Origin: Thiotrichaceae bacterium
Lineage (GTDB): Bacteria > Pseudomonadota > Gammaproteobacteria > UBA5859
Direction of reading: 5' to 3'
Assembly (NCBI GenBank): GCA_041940025.1
Contig: JBGTSY010000009.1
Span: forward strand, 9,110 to 73,109
DNA: 64,000 bases
The notes beneath the pieces were generated by a model. It saw only the letters and a program-made list of their open reading frames with translations. It searched no databases and was not told the origin of the DNA. This document shows, in pieces, positions 48,683 through 58,680 of this stretch; within the stretch, counting starts at the first letter, position 1; each line of letters starts with the position of its first letter. The position numbers were made by a program, and so were the translations under genes.

Positions 48683-50047
48683 CTAGTTTGAAAACTCTCG
48701 AATCAATTTGCCAATGCTTTCTTTAGCATCGCCGAACAGCATGCGAGTGTTTTCACCAAAGAATAGTGGATTATCCACACCAGAAAACCCAGATGCCATA
48801 GAGCGCTTTAACACAAACACCGTTTGTGCTTTATCTACATTGATCACCGGCATGCCATAAATTGGACTGTTTTCGTTTTCTCTCGCAGAAGGATTCACCA
48901 CATCGTTGGCGCCGATGACAATGGCCACATCCACCGTGTCCATGCGCGGATTAATGTCATCCATTTCTACTAATTGATCGTAGGGGACATCCGCTTCAGC
49001 GAGCAACACATTCATATGACCCGGCATTCTGCCCGCTACTGGGTGAATAGCGAAATTGACTTCTGCACCGTTTTCCTCAAGTAGTTCACAGAGTTCTTTC
49101 ACTACGTGTTGCGCTTGCGCCACTGCCATCCCGTAACCGGGCACAAATACGACGCTGCTGGCAGCTTCGAGGATATAAAAAGCGTCTTCCGCAGTGATGG
49201 GTTTGACGTCGCCTTCGATGGCTTCTTGCTTTTTCACTGCGCCAAAGCCGCTGAAGAGTACATTAGCTAACGAGCGATTCATGGCTTTACACATGATTTG
49301 TGTGAGGATGATGCCGCTGGCACCCACAAGAGAGCCGGCCACAATGAGAAGATTATTATTCACAGCAAATCCTGCGGCGGCCGCCGCGATACCTGAGTAG
49401 CTATTCAATAACGAAATGACCACTGGCATGTCCGCGCCACCGATAGGAATCACCGCCATCACACCTAGCGTTAATGCCAGTGCAATGATTAGAAATAACC
49501 AGAAAGAAGCACCACCGGGGTTGCCGATAAAGATCACACTAGTTAGAAGAATAGCAGCCAACAGTAGGCTATTAGCTAATCGCTGCCCTTCGAAGACGAT
49601 TGGTTTGCCGTCTATTTTTTCACTTAACTTTCCCCATGCGATCAAACTGCCGGAGAACGTCAGACCACCAATCAGGATAGACAGGAGGATAGTCAATGCC
49701 ATAAATGCGTTGATATCTGAATTAAAAAGCGCAGCCCAACCCACAAATAGACTGGCGATACCCCCAAACCCATTGAACAATGCGACCATTTCCGGCATGC
49801 CAGTCATTTGCACCGTGCGTGCTGCATAAGCACCAATACCCGCGCCAACGAGAATACCGATGATGATCCAGTGATAGGCAATGATCTCCTGACTGGTGAG
49901 CGTCAACACCACGGCGATGAACATGCCTAATGCAGAAAGAAAATTACCGCGACGCGCTGTTTCAGGTGATCCCAATAACTTGAGGCCAAAAATAAAGAGC
50001 CCAGCGGAGAGGATGTAAGAAAAATTGATAACTAGTGTATTACTCAT
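48683..50047 (-). CDS. pntB: NAD(P) transhydrogenase beta subunit
   Basis: 'MPEMVALFNGFGG', 'GGADMPVVISLLNSYSG', 'IHPVAGRMPGHMNVLLAEA', 'GANDVVNP'. Confidence 0.97.
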   Translation of the reverse strand: MSNTLVINFSYILSAGLFIFGLKLLGSPETARRGNFLSALGMFIAVVLTLTSQEIIAYHWIIIGILVGAGIGAYAARTVQMTGMPEMVALFNGFGGIASLFVGWAALFNSDINAFMALTILLSILIGGLTFSGSLIAWGKLSEKIDGKPIVFEGQRLANSLLLAAILLTSVIFIGNPGGASFWLFLIIALALTLGVMAVIPIGGADMPVVISLLNSYSGIAAAAAGFAVNNNLLIVAGSLVGASGIILTQIMCKAMNRSLANVLFSGFGAVKKQEAIEGDVKPITAEDAFYILEAASSVVFVPGYGMAVAQAQHVVKELCELLEENGAEVNFAIHPVAGRMPGHMNVLLAEADVPYDQLVEMDDINPRMDTVDVAIVIGANDVVNPSARENENSPIYGMPVINVDKAQTVFVLKRSMASGFSGVDNPLFFGENTRMLFGDAKESIGKLIREFSN

Positions 50048-50337
50048 TTTTTATGCTCAATCTCTTTTTTCTTAAACATTCCCAGCATTCGGTCTGTTAC
50101 CAAATACCCCCCAACCACATTAATGGTGGCAAAGGCCACGGCTATCGTCCCCAGTAAGGTAGCGAATGCGGATTCGCCTGCACCTGCGGACACTAATGCG
50201 CCAACCAGTGTGATTCCCGATATGGCATTGGCCCCGGACATAAGAGGCGTGTGCAAAATAGAGGGAACCTTCGAGATCAGCTCAAAACCTAAAAAGATTG
50301 ATAGCATTAAAATAAATGTGAGAAAGACTACATCCAT
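50044..50337 (-). CDS. pntAB: NAD(P) transhydrogenase alpha subunit, membrane part (PntAB)
   Basis: 'KVPSILHTPLMSGANAISG' and 'INVVGGYLVTDRML'. Confidence 0.95.
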   Translation of the reverse strand: MDVVFLTFILMLSIFLGFELISKVPSILHTPLMSGANAISGITLVGALVSAGAGESAFATLLGTIAVAFATINVVGGYLVTDRMLGMFKKKEIEHKK

Positions 50338-50346
50338 AAGTTGAAC

Positions 50347-51480
50347 CTACTTTCTTAGATTTTTAATGGTTTCATTGACAATCTGTCCACCGTCCGTGAT
50401 CAAACACCCTTTGACAATGTCATCTTCCAAATCGAGTGTGAATGATTTAGCTTCATCATCCCAATATTCACGAACCAGGTTGAACAGGTTAGAGGCATAC
50501 ATGGTACTGGCGTCACGACACACGATAGAGGGTAAATTACCTTGGCCAATCACTGTCACGCCGTTGATGTCGACTTTTTCATTGAGTTTAGAGCCTTCCA
50601 CATTGCCGCCAGACTCTACCGCCATGTCGATGACCACACTGCCGGGCTTCATGGCTTCCACCATATCTTTGGAAACGATCACCGGTGCTCGACGGCCAAA
50701 GACCTGAGCGGTGGTAATGACCACATCAGACTGAGCGATAACCTTCTTCATGCCTTGTCGTTGTAATTCCAATTGCTCTTCTGTGAGTTGCTTGGCGTAT
50801 CCGTCTTTGGTCTGGCCAGTTTCTCCTAAATCGATTTCAACAAATTTTGCGCCTAAGGACTGCACTTGCTCGGCGACTACCGGACGAGTATCAAAGGCTT
50901 CTACTTTTGCACCCAACCGTTTGGCGGTGGCAATCGCCTGAAGTCCGGCGACACCGACGCCAATAATGAATACCTTAGCTGGGGAGAGCGTGCCTGCTGG
51001 CGTCATCATCATGGGGAAGATGCGATCCAGCTCGCTGGCTGCAAGCATTACCATCACATAGCCCGCTAGATTTGCCTGGGAGCTGAGGGCGTCCATTTTC
51101 TGCGCGCGAGTGATCCGAGGGATCATTTCCATGCTGATGGCGCGCACACCCACTTTGGCCATTTCGTCCACTAGATCTAGGTTATTAAAGGGATCGAGAT
51201 AACTGATATGTACGCAATCTTTTTTAAATAAAGCGACTTCAGCGAGTTCCGGTGCGCGCACACGCAGGATTAAGTCACCGCTACCTAGCAGCGCAGTACG
51301 ATCGGTGACTATCTTGGCACCGGCCTCCTCATACTCTTGATCTGAATAATCACACCGCTGCCCTAGTTTAGACTCTACATGAACTTCAATGCCCATTTTG
51401 GTGATTTTCTTCACCACATCCGGCACAAGGGCCACTCGCCGTTCACCTTCAAAGGTTTCCGACGGAACAGATATTTGCAT
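50347..51480 (-). CDS. pntAA: NAD(P) transhydrogenase alpha subunit, soluble dI part (PntAA)
   Basis: 'ERRVALVPD', 'ITRAQKMDALSSQANLAGY', 'GVGVAGLQAIATAKRLGA', 'GGNVE'. Confidence 0.96.
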   Translation of the reverse strand: MQISVPSETFEGERRVALVPDVVKKITKMGIEVHVESKLGQRCDYSDQEYEEAGAKIVTDRTALLGSGDLILRVRAPELAEVALFKKDCVHISYLDPFNNLDLVDEMAKVGVRAISMEMIPRITRAQKMDALSSQANLAGYVMVMLAASELDRIFPMMMTPAGTLSPAKVFIIGVGVAGLQAIATAKRLGAKVEAFDTRPVVAEQVQSLGAKFVEIDLGETGQTKDGYAKQLTEEQLELQRQGMKKVIAQSDVVITTAQVFGRRAPVIVSKDMVEAMKPGSVVIDMAVESGGNVEGSKLNEKVDINGVTVIGQGNLPSIVCRDASTMYASNLFNLVREYWDDEAKSFTLDLEDDIVKGCLITDGGQIVNETIKNLRK

Positions 51481-52618
51481 GGATGATCCCCTCCTGTGCC
51501 ACTTTTTAAGTGGAACTTCTATTCACAGCTCCGTATTGGAACTGCGCTTGTCCGATTTCAGTTTGTGACTCTACATTCGTTAAGCTATTGGATTAATAGC
51601 ACATCTACTTAGTTAAAAAGTAAACAAGCGATCACGTGAACGCGCAATCATACCGAAAGTAGATAGAGGCTTTCAAAGGAAAATTACCTAGCTTGCAAGT
51701 TAAACCTGAAAAAACTAAAAAATAGTCTTTTAATCATGTGGCCCATACCAACACACTGGACTCTAATGGCATTTTATGCTGGCTATGTTCGGCAAAGTCA
51801 ACCACTGAAAGATTAGCGCGATTCTGGATTGGGCTGAGTCCAATGCGGCTTTTCTAATAAAGATCATTACTCAGATTTTGCCACTAGGTTGTTTTCGAGA
51901 TAGATGGTCGATTAGTTTTAGTGATTAAAGAATGGTACTGAATATGAACCTAATTGAAAGCCCATTGCATCCAATCGATATCACTGTGGGTGGTTAAGCC
52001 TGATATCAATATCATCTTGACGGCAACGAAGACATTGAGTGGAGTGTTCTATTCAGATTGGAAACCTTCTAGAGAGTCACATTGCAAAGGTTAATGGATG
52101 GCATGCTAATACTATTTGGCAGCGTGCGTTATGGTGCCAATTCATTTCTTTGTTCAATTTCTTTTTTGGCAGAGAGCATAGGTATACAAGAAAAGCTAGA
52201 ATGCACCGGCCCAATCGTGCAGAGATCGGATCGCTATACTGGCTATTGGTACTGAATGAGTCCGTGGGTTTTATCCGTAGGTGGTGTATTGATGATCATC
52301 GAACGCCGATGGTGGTCAGTAGTGGTAACAGTTCCGCTGCTATCTATCTAGATGCCGCAGGATGAGAAGTCGTTAGCAGTTTAAACTGTTGTCATCAAGA
52401 TCTAAAAACCGGCACAACGAAGCAGCCGTTATGGTTTTTTCTCTCCTACCTGTATATGGCCGATATCGCGATGAGTACGATGGGTGAGGCACAATACATT
52501 TCTCTATCGTTATGTGAAATACTGGGTAGTCGCTGGCAATTGGCTGTACATCGTTTGCTCGGTTTTATTGTGTTACGCTGTTAGGAATAGGTGATGCTGA
52601 CGGTGGCGTTAAGCAAGC

Positions 52619-53275
52619 ATGCATGCAAAGGGGTTAATCATGTCTCATGATCTGGAGCTACTCTATTTTTCTGATCCTATGTGCTCCTGGTGTTGGGGTT
52701 TTTCGCCAATCATGAACAGACTGAAGACGCGATTCGAACAACAGATCCCATGCAGTACCGTGATGGGCGGACTGCATACTGGAGAGAGCCCTGCGCTCGT
52801 TGAGGAGTATCGAAATATATTGCAACAACATTGGCGCGAAGTAGAAGCGAAAACAGGACAACCATTCGATTATCAACGTGCAGCACCATTGGGCTCTGTG
52901 TATAACACTGAACCGCCTAGTCGAGCGTTGGTGTTGGTTCGTCGTTTAGCACCGCACTATGAATTCGAATATCTTTGGTCATTGCAAAAGGCTTTTTATC
53001 AAGATGCATGTGATCTTTCCGAAGTGACTATATTGATTGATCTGGCTAAGGAGTACGGAGTGGAAGAGTCTGCTTTTGTAGAGCGGTTTGATTCGCCCAC
53101 GTTGAAAATGGCTACCAATATGGATTTTCAGCTCGCCCGAGAGATCCAAGCACGTGCATTTCCATGCATTGTATTGCGAGCAGATCATGATTACACTTTT
53201 GTGAGTGTCGGCTATCAGGAATATGAAATGTTGGAGCCCTTGATTGCCGGTTGGTTAGATAAACACACAGTGTAG
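52619..53275 (+). CDS. DsbA-family (thioredoxin fold) protein
   Basis: 'DPMCSWCWGFSP' CxxC and 'YNTEPPSRA'. 'FPCI' cis-Pro loop. Confidence 0.88.
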   Translation: MHAKGLIMSHDLELLYFSDPMCSWCWGFSPIMNRLKTRFEQQIPCSTVMGGLHTGESPALVEEYRNILQQHWREVEAKTGQPFDYQRAAPLGSVYNTEPPSRALVLVRRLAPHYEFEYLWSLQKAFYQDACDLSEVTILIDLAKEYGVEESAFVERFDSPTLKMATNMDFQLAREIQARAFPCIVLRADHDYTFVSVGYQEYEMLEPLIAGWLDKHTV

Positions 53276-53424
53276 CGACATGTTCAAATCGCACTTTTTA
53301 ATTTGCTCCTCTCGTTGGATTGGTTTTAGCTATGTGCTCGGGGTATCATCATTAGCGATCTTTGAGTGACGGATTGATTCACTCAATAGTGAATTCACTT
53401 CTTTTCGCTGTGCTTTATAAAAAT

Positions 53425-53700
53425 AAAGTGACGCATTGCGTGCACATCATAGAGCGCGTCTTCTGCACTCGGGTGACGCCATTCTAACTGCTGTTACAAG
53501 AAGTGAATGCGCCGCAGGCTTTGTATTCCCAATGCTGGGTGTCCCTTTTCAGAGGGGGCTTTTGCGTGAAAAAGTTTAATCACCCCACAACGATCTGCAC
53601 AAGCGGGACTGTCATTCATGTGCTCCATAAATAGTTCTTTACGGAAGTTGTTGCGCTATTTTTCAACCTCACCGGCATCAATCTGTTGAATGCTTATGAG
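53425..53700 (-). mobile_element. IS5-family transposase relic
   Basis: The minus strand reads K*RNNFRKELFMEHM...RRIHFL*QQ...HPSAEDALYDVHAMRHF, matching the IS5 N-terminal signature (LRIHFLQQW..SDP.MEDALY..SMR.F). Confidence 0.75.
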
Positions 53701-53746
53701 CCGGTTTCAGATCGAATCATCTTGCTGTTGGGTGGATCGAAGATGC

Positions 53747-54985
53747 CTATATCAGTTTGGCATTTCGATAACTATAAAGAGAGGGGATCGCGGCGACAGT
53801 AACAGAGACGGCGATGATGGTCAGCAATAGATAGAGACTGTTTCGCGAAAACATATCCACTTCGACATGCACGCCAAATTGAGAGATAAAATAGTCTTGG
53901 AATAGCGTCAGGCAACCAGTGAGCACGGTTGCTGCGAGCACACAACTGACAATAGTAATGAGCAGTGCTTCTAATTCTATTAAAAAGAACAAAAATGATG
54001 CCGGCGCACCGATGACTCGAAGCAGCAAAGTTTCCTGTTGACGCTCACGAATTGAGGATAGCAACATAGCGCTGACGCCTAAACAGGCGGCCATAAAGAC
54101 CAAAGCAGAAACCAGTAGCAGAGTGTTTTCCAGAATGCGCATCATTTGCCAGAGTTCAGTGATCACCACTCCGGGGAGAATGGCAGTCAAAGGTTCGTCA
54201 GCGAATTCGTTTATCTGTCGTTGCACCCCAAAAGTCGCCATTTTGGATTCAAGTCCTAACATGATTGCGGTGATACTCTGGGGTACCAGTGTGTGGTGGT
54301 CAACCTTAGGCCGGTCGTGTCGACTATTCGTAGCCGTGACGCCTGGTGTCCAGTCTAGGTGTATGGCCTCAATGCCTTCTAGGCTGACATGTAACGTTTG
54401 ATCAACGGGCGTGCCGGTAAACGCTAATATACCGACTACAGTAAATGGGAAATCATCGTGTCTACTGAAGCTGGTATCAGCCATGCCATGAGAAAGCGTG
54501 AGTTTGTCACCTAATTGGTAGCCAAGTTGTTTCGCGGCTTCGTGGCCCAACACCACCTCAAAGGGATCCTTAAATGTTTGGCCTTTATCGAACTCCAATT
54601 TGCGCTGTTTGCCATAACTGAACTGTTCAAAATAATCAGTTGTGGTGCCTAAAACACGATAGCCTCGATGTGAATCCCCAAGAGAAATTGGGATGGCCCA
54701 CTTGACTTGATTACTGTTGGCAATAGTTTGGTATGTTTCCCAGCTTATATTGTTGGTAGGCGCGCCAATTCGAAACACGGAATACAACAGCAAATTAAGG
54801 CTTCCCGTTCTGGCCCCAACCACCAGATCAACGCCTGAGACAGTATTGGAAAAATTATCTTTTGCTTGATGGCGAATATGTTCGACTCCCAACAATACAA
54901 AGATACTGACCGTCATTGCGATGAGAGACAACGACACAGACCCCTTACGATCGAGCAGGCTTTTCACCGCGAGCCTGGTAAACAT
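53747..54985 (-). CDS. ABC transporter permease, FtsX/MacB-like (ZrgC-like)
   Basis: 'GVDLVVGARTGSLNLLLYSVFRIG', 'IPISLGDSHRGYRVLGT', 'GTPVDQTLHVSL'. Confidence 0.9.
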   Translation of the reverse strand: MFTRLAVKSLLDRKGSVSLSLIAMTVSIFVLLGVEHIRHQAKDNFSNTVSGVDLVVGARTGSLNLLLYSVFRIGAPTNNISWETYQTIANSNQVKWAIPISLGDSHRGYRVLGTTTDYFEQFSYGKQRKLEFDKGQTFKDPFEVVLGHEAAKQLGYQLGDKLTLSHGMADTSFSRHDDFPFTVVGILAFTGTPVDQTLHVSLEGIEAIHLDWTPGVTATNSRHDRPKVDHHTLVPQSITAIMLGLESKMATFGVQRQINEFADEPLTAILPGVVITELWQMMRILENTLLLVSALVFMAACLGVSAMLLSSIRERQQETLLLRVIGAPASFLFFLIELEALLITIVSCVLAATVLTGCLTLFQDYFISQFGVHVEVDMFSRNSLYLLLTIIAVSVTVAAIPSLYSYRNAKLI

Positions 54986-55668
54986 CAGGCAGCCCCTTCC
55001 AATTGGTTAATCTCGTTTAATGATTTAACCTGTTTAAAATAGGGTGAAAGGGACATATCGTGACTGACAAATACTAAAGTCATACCGGTGTCCGCAACAA
55101 CAGACATTAATAGTTTTAAGAATTCCTCTTTATTAGACGCATCCAAAGATGAAGTCGGCTCATCTGCAATGAGCAGTTGTGGTTTATTGATAAGTGCACG
55201 TGCTATCGCTATCCGTTGCTGTTGTCCGATACTTAAGTGACGAGTCTGACGATGCCAATCTTTTTTTGGAATGTTTAATCTACTTAGCAGAGATTGAATG
55301 TCCTGGTTGCTTGGCGTTACTTTTGTGTGTTTGGAAAACCGACTTGCAAGCTGGGTATTTTCAATTGCGGTGAGATAGGGTATCAAATTAAATTTCTGGA
55401 ACACATATCCTATGTGTTCCGCTCGAAACCGATCTCGCTGTCTCGGGGTCATGATATTCAAATGCTTGCCAAAGACTGTCACCTGTCCCTCGACCGGCAC
55501 AACGAGTCCGCTTATCAATCCTAGCAAAGTAGATTTACCGCCTCCAGAGGGTCCATAGATAAAAATGCGTTCCCCTTCTTCAATGGACCAAGAGGGAATA
55601 TTCAACACTATGTGGTTCGGGTGATTCGGGTAATAAAATTGCAGATGACTAAGTTCTATAGCCTTCAT
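54985..55668 (-). CDS. ABC transporter ATP-binding protein (ZrgB-like)
   Basis: 'GPSGGGKSTLL', 'LSIGQQQRIAIARAL', 'ADEPTSSLD'. Start chosen at ATG 55668. Confidence 0.92.
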   Translation of the reverse strand: MKAIELSHLQFYYPNHPNHIVLNIPSWSIEEGERIFIYGPSGGGKSTLLGLISGLVVPVEGQVTVFGKHLNIMTPRQRDRFRAEHIGYVFQKFNLIPYLTAIENTQLASRFSKHTKVTPSNQDIQSLLSRLNIPKKDWHRQTRHLSIGQQQRIAIARALINKPQLLIADEPTSSLDASNKEEFLKLLMSVVADTGMTLVFVSHDMSLSPYFKQVKSLNEINQLEGAA

Positions 55669-55780
55669 AGTGTCATTTAACTCTACAGTAAATGTCTCGA
55701 ATATCCGGTGGAGCCCGGAAATAATACATTGTATCATTGGTTGTCTGAACCACATACTCATATGTCATTAATCCAAGGCC

Positions 55781-56395
55781 ATGAAACACACATTGACACG
55801 AATATTCATTTTCTTGTTCACCTTGAACCTGGTTGCCTGCGACAAGCTACAGTCTGATCGTGCAAATGAAGACAAACAGGTTGAAGCGCAGCAAACAGAT
55901 CAGGAGTACAAAACCATTGAGTGGTTTGATCTGATGCCACAAGAAGACATTGACGCAATACTCAATCCGCCAGACTACATAACAGAATTGGAGGATGGCT
56001 TTCTTGAAGACCAAATAAGCAATCAGATTAGTAATGCGATTGCATTGGCTAAAGATGATCCCTACCAGCGGGCATTGGTGTCAACAAAAATCATTCCGGA
56101 AATGAATGGCCAGGCGATTCGATTACCCGGATTCATCGTTCCGCTTGAATTTGATGAAGAGCAATTGATTACTCAATTTTTCCTTGTCCCTTATTTTGGT
56201 GCCTGTATTCATGAGCCACCGCCACCACCCAATCAAATTATCTTCGTCAACTATTCTGCTGGGCTACAACTGGATGCGCTATATGAGCCTTTTTGGATTT
56301 CAGGAGTTCTGGCAACCACTTTAGTGGAAAATGAAACTGCTACCGCAGCCTATAGCATGCAGATGGATTCCTACGAAGTTTACTATGAGTATTAA
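55781..56395 (+). CDS. DUF3299 lipoprotein (ZrgD-like)
   Basis: Lipobox 'LVAC', 'WFDLMP', 'LPGFIVPL', 'VPYFGACIHEPPPPPNQII'. Confidence 0.88.
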   Translation: MKHTLTRIFIFLFTLNLVACDKLQSDRANEDKQVEAQQTDQEYKTIEWFDLMPQEDIDAILNPPDYITELEDGFLEDQISNQISNAIALAKDDPYQRALVSTKIIPEMNGQAIRLPGFIVPLEFDEEQLITQFFLVPYFGACIHEPPPPPNQIIFVNYSAGLQLDALYEPFWISGVLATTLVENETATAAYSMQMDSYEVYYEY

Positions 56396-56468
56396 TCAAT
56401 TTATCTTATTCGCCGACAGCAAAATAATTATTGAGCAGGAGGGTCACCCCGACACTTGACGCGGATTA

Positions 56469-56894
56469 TTACGACACAAGATTCTTTTCATCATCGCAAT
56501 CACAGGATGCTTGTTTGTGCTGATGACACAGTCGATAGTTGAATCCGTGCCCAATAGCGATTAAAGCTGCGCCTAATACAGTTAGCGGTTTTTCACTCAC
56601 TTCGCCGATACCGGTTCCTTCCAATAGCAGTGCAGTGATTAACATAGCCAATCCAGTGATACCTAAAATGAGTAATCGATATCTTTTATGTTGTCTACAT
56701 CCTAAGGTGAGGGCATACACGCTGGTAGGAATCACGGCAATTATCATCCAAAGATGAAAGGCTTCATTATCCAGGGGTAACGCCACAGCACTCGGCAACA
56801 CTACCAATAACATCGGGAGGGCCAGGCAATGCAGCGTACACACCATGGATAATCCAATGGCGACTTTATCTGTTAAGGCTACTGTAGTCTTCAT
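56469..56894 (-). CDS. MerC-domain membrane protein
   Basis: 'DKVAIGLSMVCTLHCLALP', 'GCRQH', 'GH..N...C'. Confidence 0.85.
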   Translation of the reverse strand: MKTTVALTDKVAIGLSMVCTLHCLALPMLLVVLPSAVALPLDNEAFHLWMIIAVIPTSVYALTLGCRQHKRYRLLILGITGLAMLITALLLEGTGIGEVSEKPLTVLGAALIAIGHGFNYRLCHQHKQASCDCDDEKNLVS

Positions 56895-57374
56895 TGTTTA
56901 GTATTTTTTTGCTCTAATTGTGCTTCAGCAAAACATAGGTCGCACACATTTCATTTCTATTTGCCCACTGATTTGCCTAAAGCCCGCTTTTCGAACCGTT
57001 TTTTGAAGGTCGGAGTGAGTGGAGGCTTTGATGGTGATTTCTTTGACTTTGTGACAACTGCTGCAAATTAAGAATTGCGGTACCCCATGTACATGATCAC
57101 AACTAATGTGTGAACAGGCAACATACTTATTAGCAAGTTCGAGTTTATGTACTAAAGATTCTGTTTCTAAAAATTCTAGTATTCGGTACACCGACATCGC
57201 AGGAATATTGGCATCGTAGCGTTCTTTGCAACTATCGATCAACTCATAAGCAGAAAGCGCTTTGTCAGAATGAATGAGGCTAGATAATACCTGTTTGCGC
57301 CTTTCTGTTAGGCGCACACCATGGGTGTGACACTGCTTTTCTGCCTGTTCCAGGATTGTGTCTATTTGTTTCAC
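56891..57374 (-). pseudogene. zur: Fur/Zur-family repressor with a C-terminal frameshift
   Basis: 'RLTERRKQVL', 'AYELI', 'SVYRILEFL', 'HKLELANKYVACSH', 'FLICSSC'. The current frame stops at 56925 (MKCVRPMFC*). Adding TG restores MKCVCDLC...KQ*, ending at 56891. Confidence 0.75.
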
Positions 57375-57961
57375 GATATGGATCCAAATTTAATCACCCG
57401 GTTTTTAGGAGTCAGGGTTGTTGAGCCTTGTTGTGAAGCAGAAACCCACATGGCTTTTATGCGGTGAATCTTTGGAAATCTATCAAACAACTTAACCGTA
57501 ATCGCAGATAGTTCAGAAAGTTGATTACAATGGTAGCGGTAAGTGACGGTGATTTCACTGTGACTATTATCGGCGTTCTGCTGAGGGTGGTCGTGTGATT
57601 TAGAATGATTGTGTTTCTCTTTATTATCACTCCCGTCCCTAAGCGATAAAAGATCTGTCTGGGTGTGAGTGTGCTGACAGTCTCCTCCTAAAATTGACAC
57701 TATACCCCTGTGATCTTGAAGCTGTTCTAAGGCAGATTCGACTGCTTGAATATCAGTGCTAGATTGAGCAGGGTGCTCAAAACCCACAATATCAATCGCT
57801 GGGGACTTTAATTGAGCCTCAATCGTTTTTCCCTCCATGGCTATGGTAAGTACGGATAGACCATGAACGTGGGCATCGGCACTGGCTAGAGCCTGGCTGG
57901 CATGAACACTTAGGGTAAAGAGGAGCGCTAGGGTTCTAAGTTTAGATATTCGAATGTTCAT
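57371..57961 (-). CDS. DUF2796 periplasmic zinc-binding protein (ZrgA-like)
   Basis: 'AHVHG', 'SPAIDIVGFEH', His-rich loop, 'HSEITVTYRYHC'. Confidence 0.88.
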   Translation of the reverse strand: MNIRISKLRTLALLFTLSVHASQALASADAHVHGLSVLTIAMEGKTIEAQLKSPAIDIVGFEHPAQSSTDIQAVESALEQLQDHRGIVSILGGDCQHTHTQTDLLSLRDGSDNKEKHNHSKSHDHPQQNADNSHSEITVTYRYHCNQLSELSAITVKLFDRFPKIHRIKAMWVSASQQGSTTLTPKNRVIKFGSIS

Positions 57962-58026
57962 TTGTAAATTTGTTGTCTTCTTGTCAGTACCAGTCGTATT
58001 GATATGCGTTCAGATAGTGAAACGGA

Positions 58027-58044
58027 GATATGTTACAACATATC
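58027..58044. promoter_or_regulatory. Palindromic operator upstream of zrgA (candidate Zur box)
   Basis: GATATGTT-AC-AACATATC, with perfect 8-bp arms, about 65 bp upstream of the DUF2796 start. Confidence 0.6.
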
Positions 58045-58299
58045 AATTAATAGTTGAAGAGAATTTTCTAGAGTCACTGACCATCATAAATAACTACTAA
58101 GCTCAAGACCGTCTATATAGTGTCATACCTTAAGAATATAGAATAAGTAGCTACTTGTTCTCAGCTAGGGCGGTACCCAATGATACCCGATAGGCAGATT
58201 TAACAGCGCTCTGGGCTAGCTTTGACGTTTAAAATTAGATAGTTATATAAATCCAAGAGTGGGACACTGTTCAGCAATTGGCCGGTCTGGTTCTGGGTT

Positions 58300-58680
58300 G
58301 GACTCGTGCATTGAGAATCGTCGTTGCCACAGTTGCCGCGCTACCTGCTTACGGCACTCCTTCATCAGGCGAAATCGCTCACTGCCTAAATTAGGGCGCG
58401 CCATCAAATGAAGGCCATACAAAAGTAGGCTTTCACCCGTTACAGGTTCCTGACTGAGTTGATACGAACGAATCGATGTCGTGCGCGTCAATCGTGAAGT
58501 GCTTCATCTGCACTGGGTGCGGTGGACTTGTACCAATGTGGCAAAATGTGAATGCGCATCTTGGGGTCGATCGCTATCGCTGGGCGCTCGCCTGTAGAGG
58601 CGGCTTTACTGTAAATTTGTTCAATCGTCTGACTCAGATCGGATCAAGAAAGCATTTCGTTATTTTGTTCTAATCTATTA
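58300..58680 (-). mobile_element. Second IS5-family transposase relic
   Basis: The minus strand reads ...IEQIYSKAASTGERPAIAIDPKMRIHILPHWYKSTAPSADEALHD*..RF..., then QEPVTGESLL..HLM in another frame. Confidence 0.65.

Noticed and set aside
48683-51480. Three-gene transhydrogenase as a broken pntA
   Set aside because: The split into PntAA and PntAB is a known natural architecture, and both parts are intact with their own starts.
51900-52600. ORF 52039-52365 and surrounding hydrophobic fragments
   Set aside because: Possibly a decayed membrane-protein gene, but no family could be supported.
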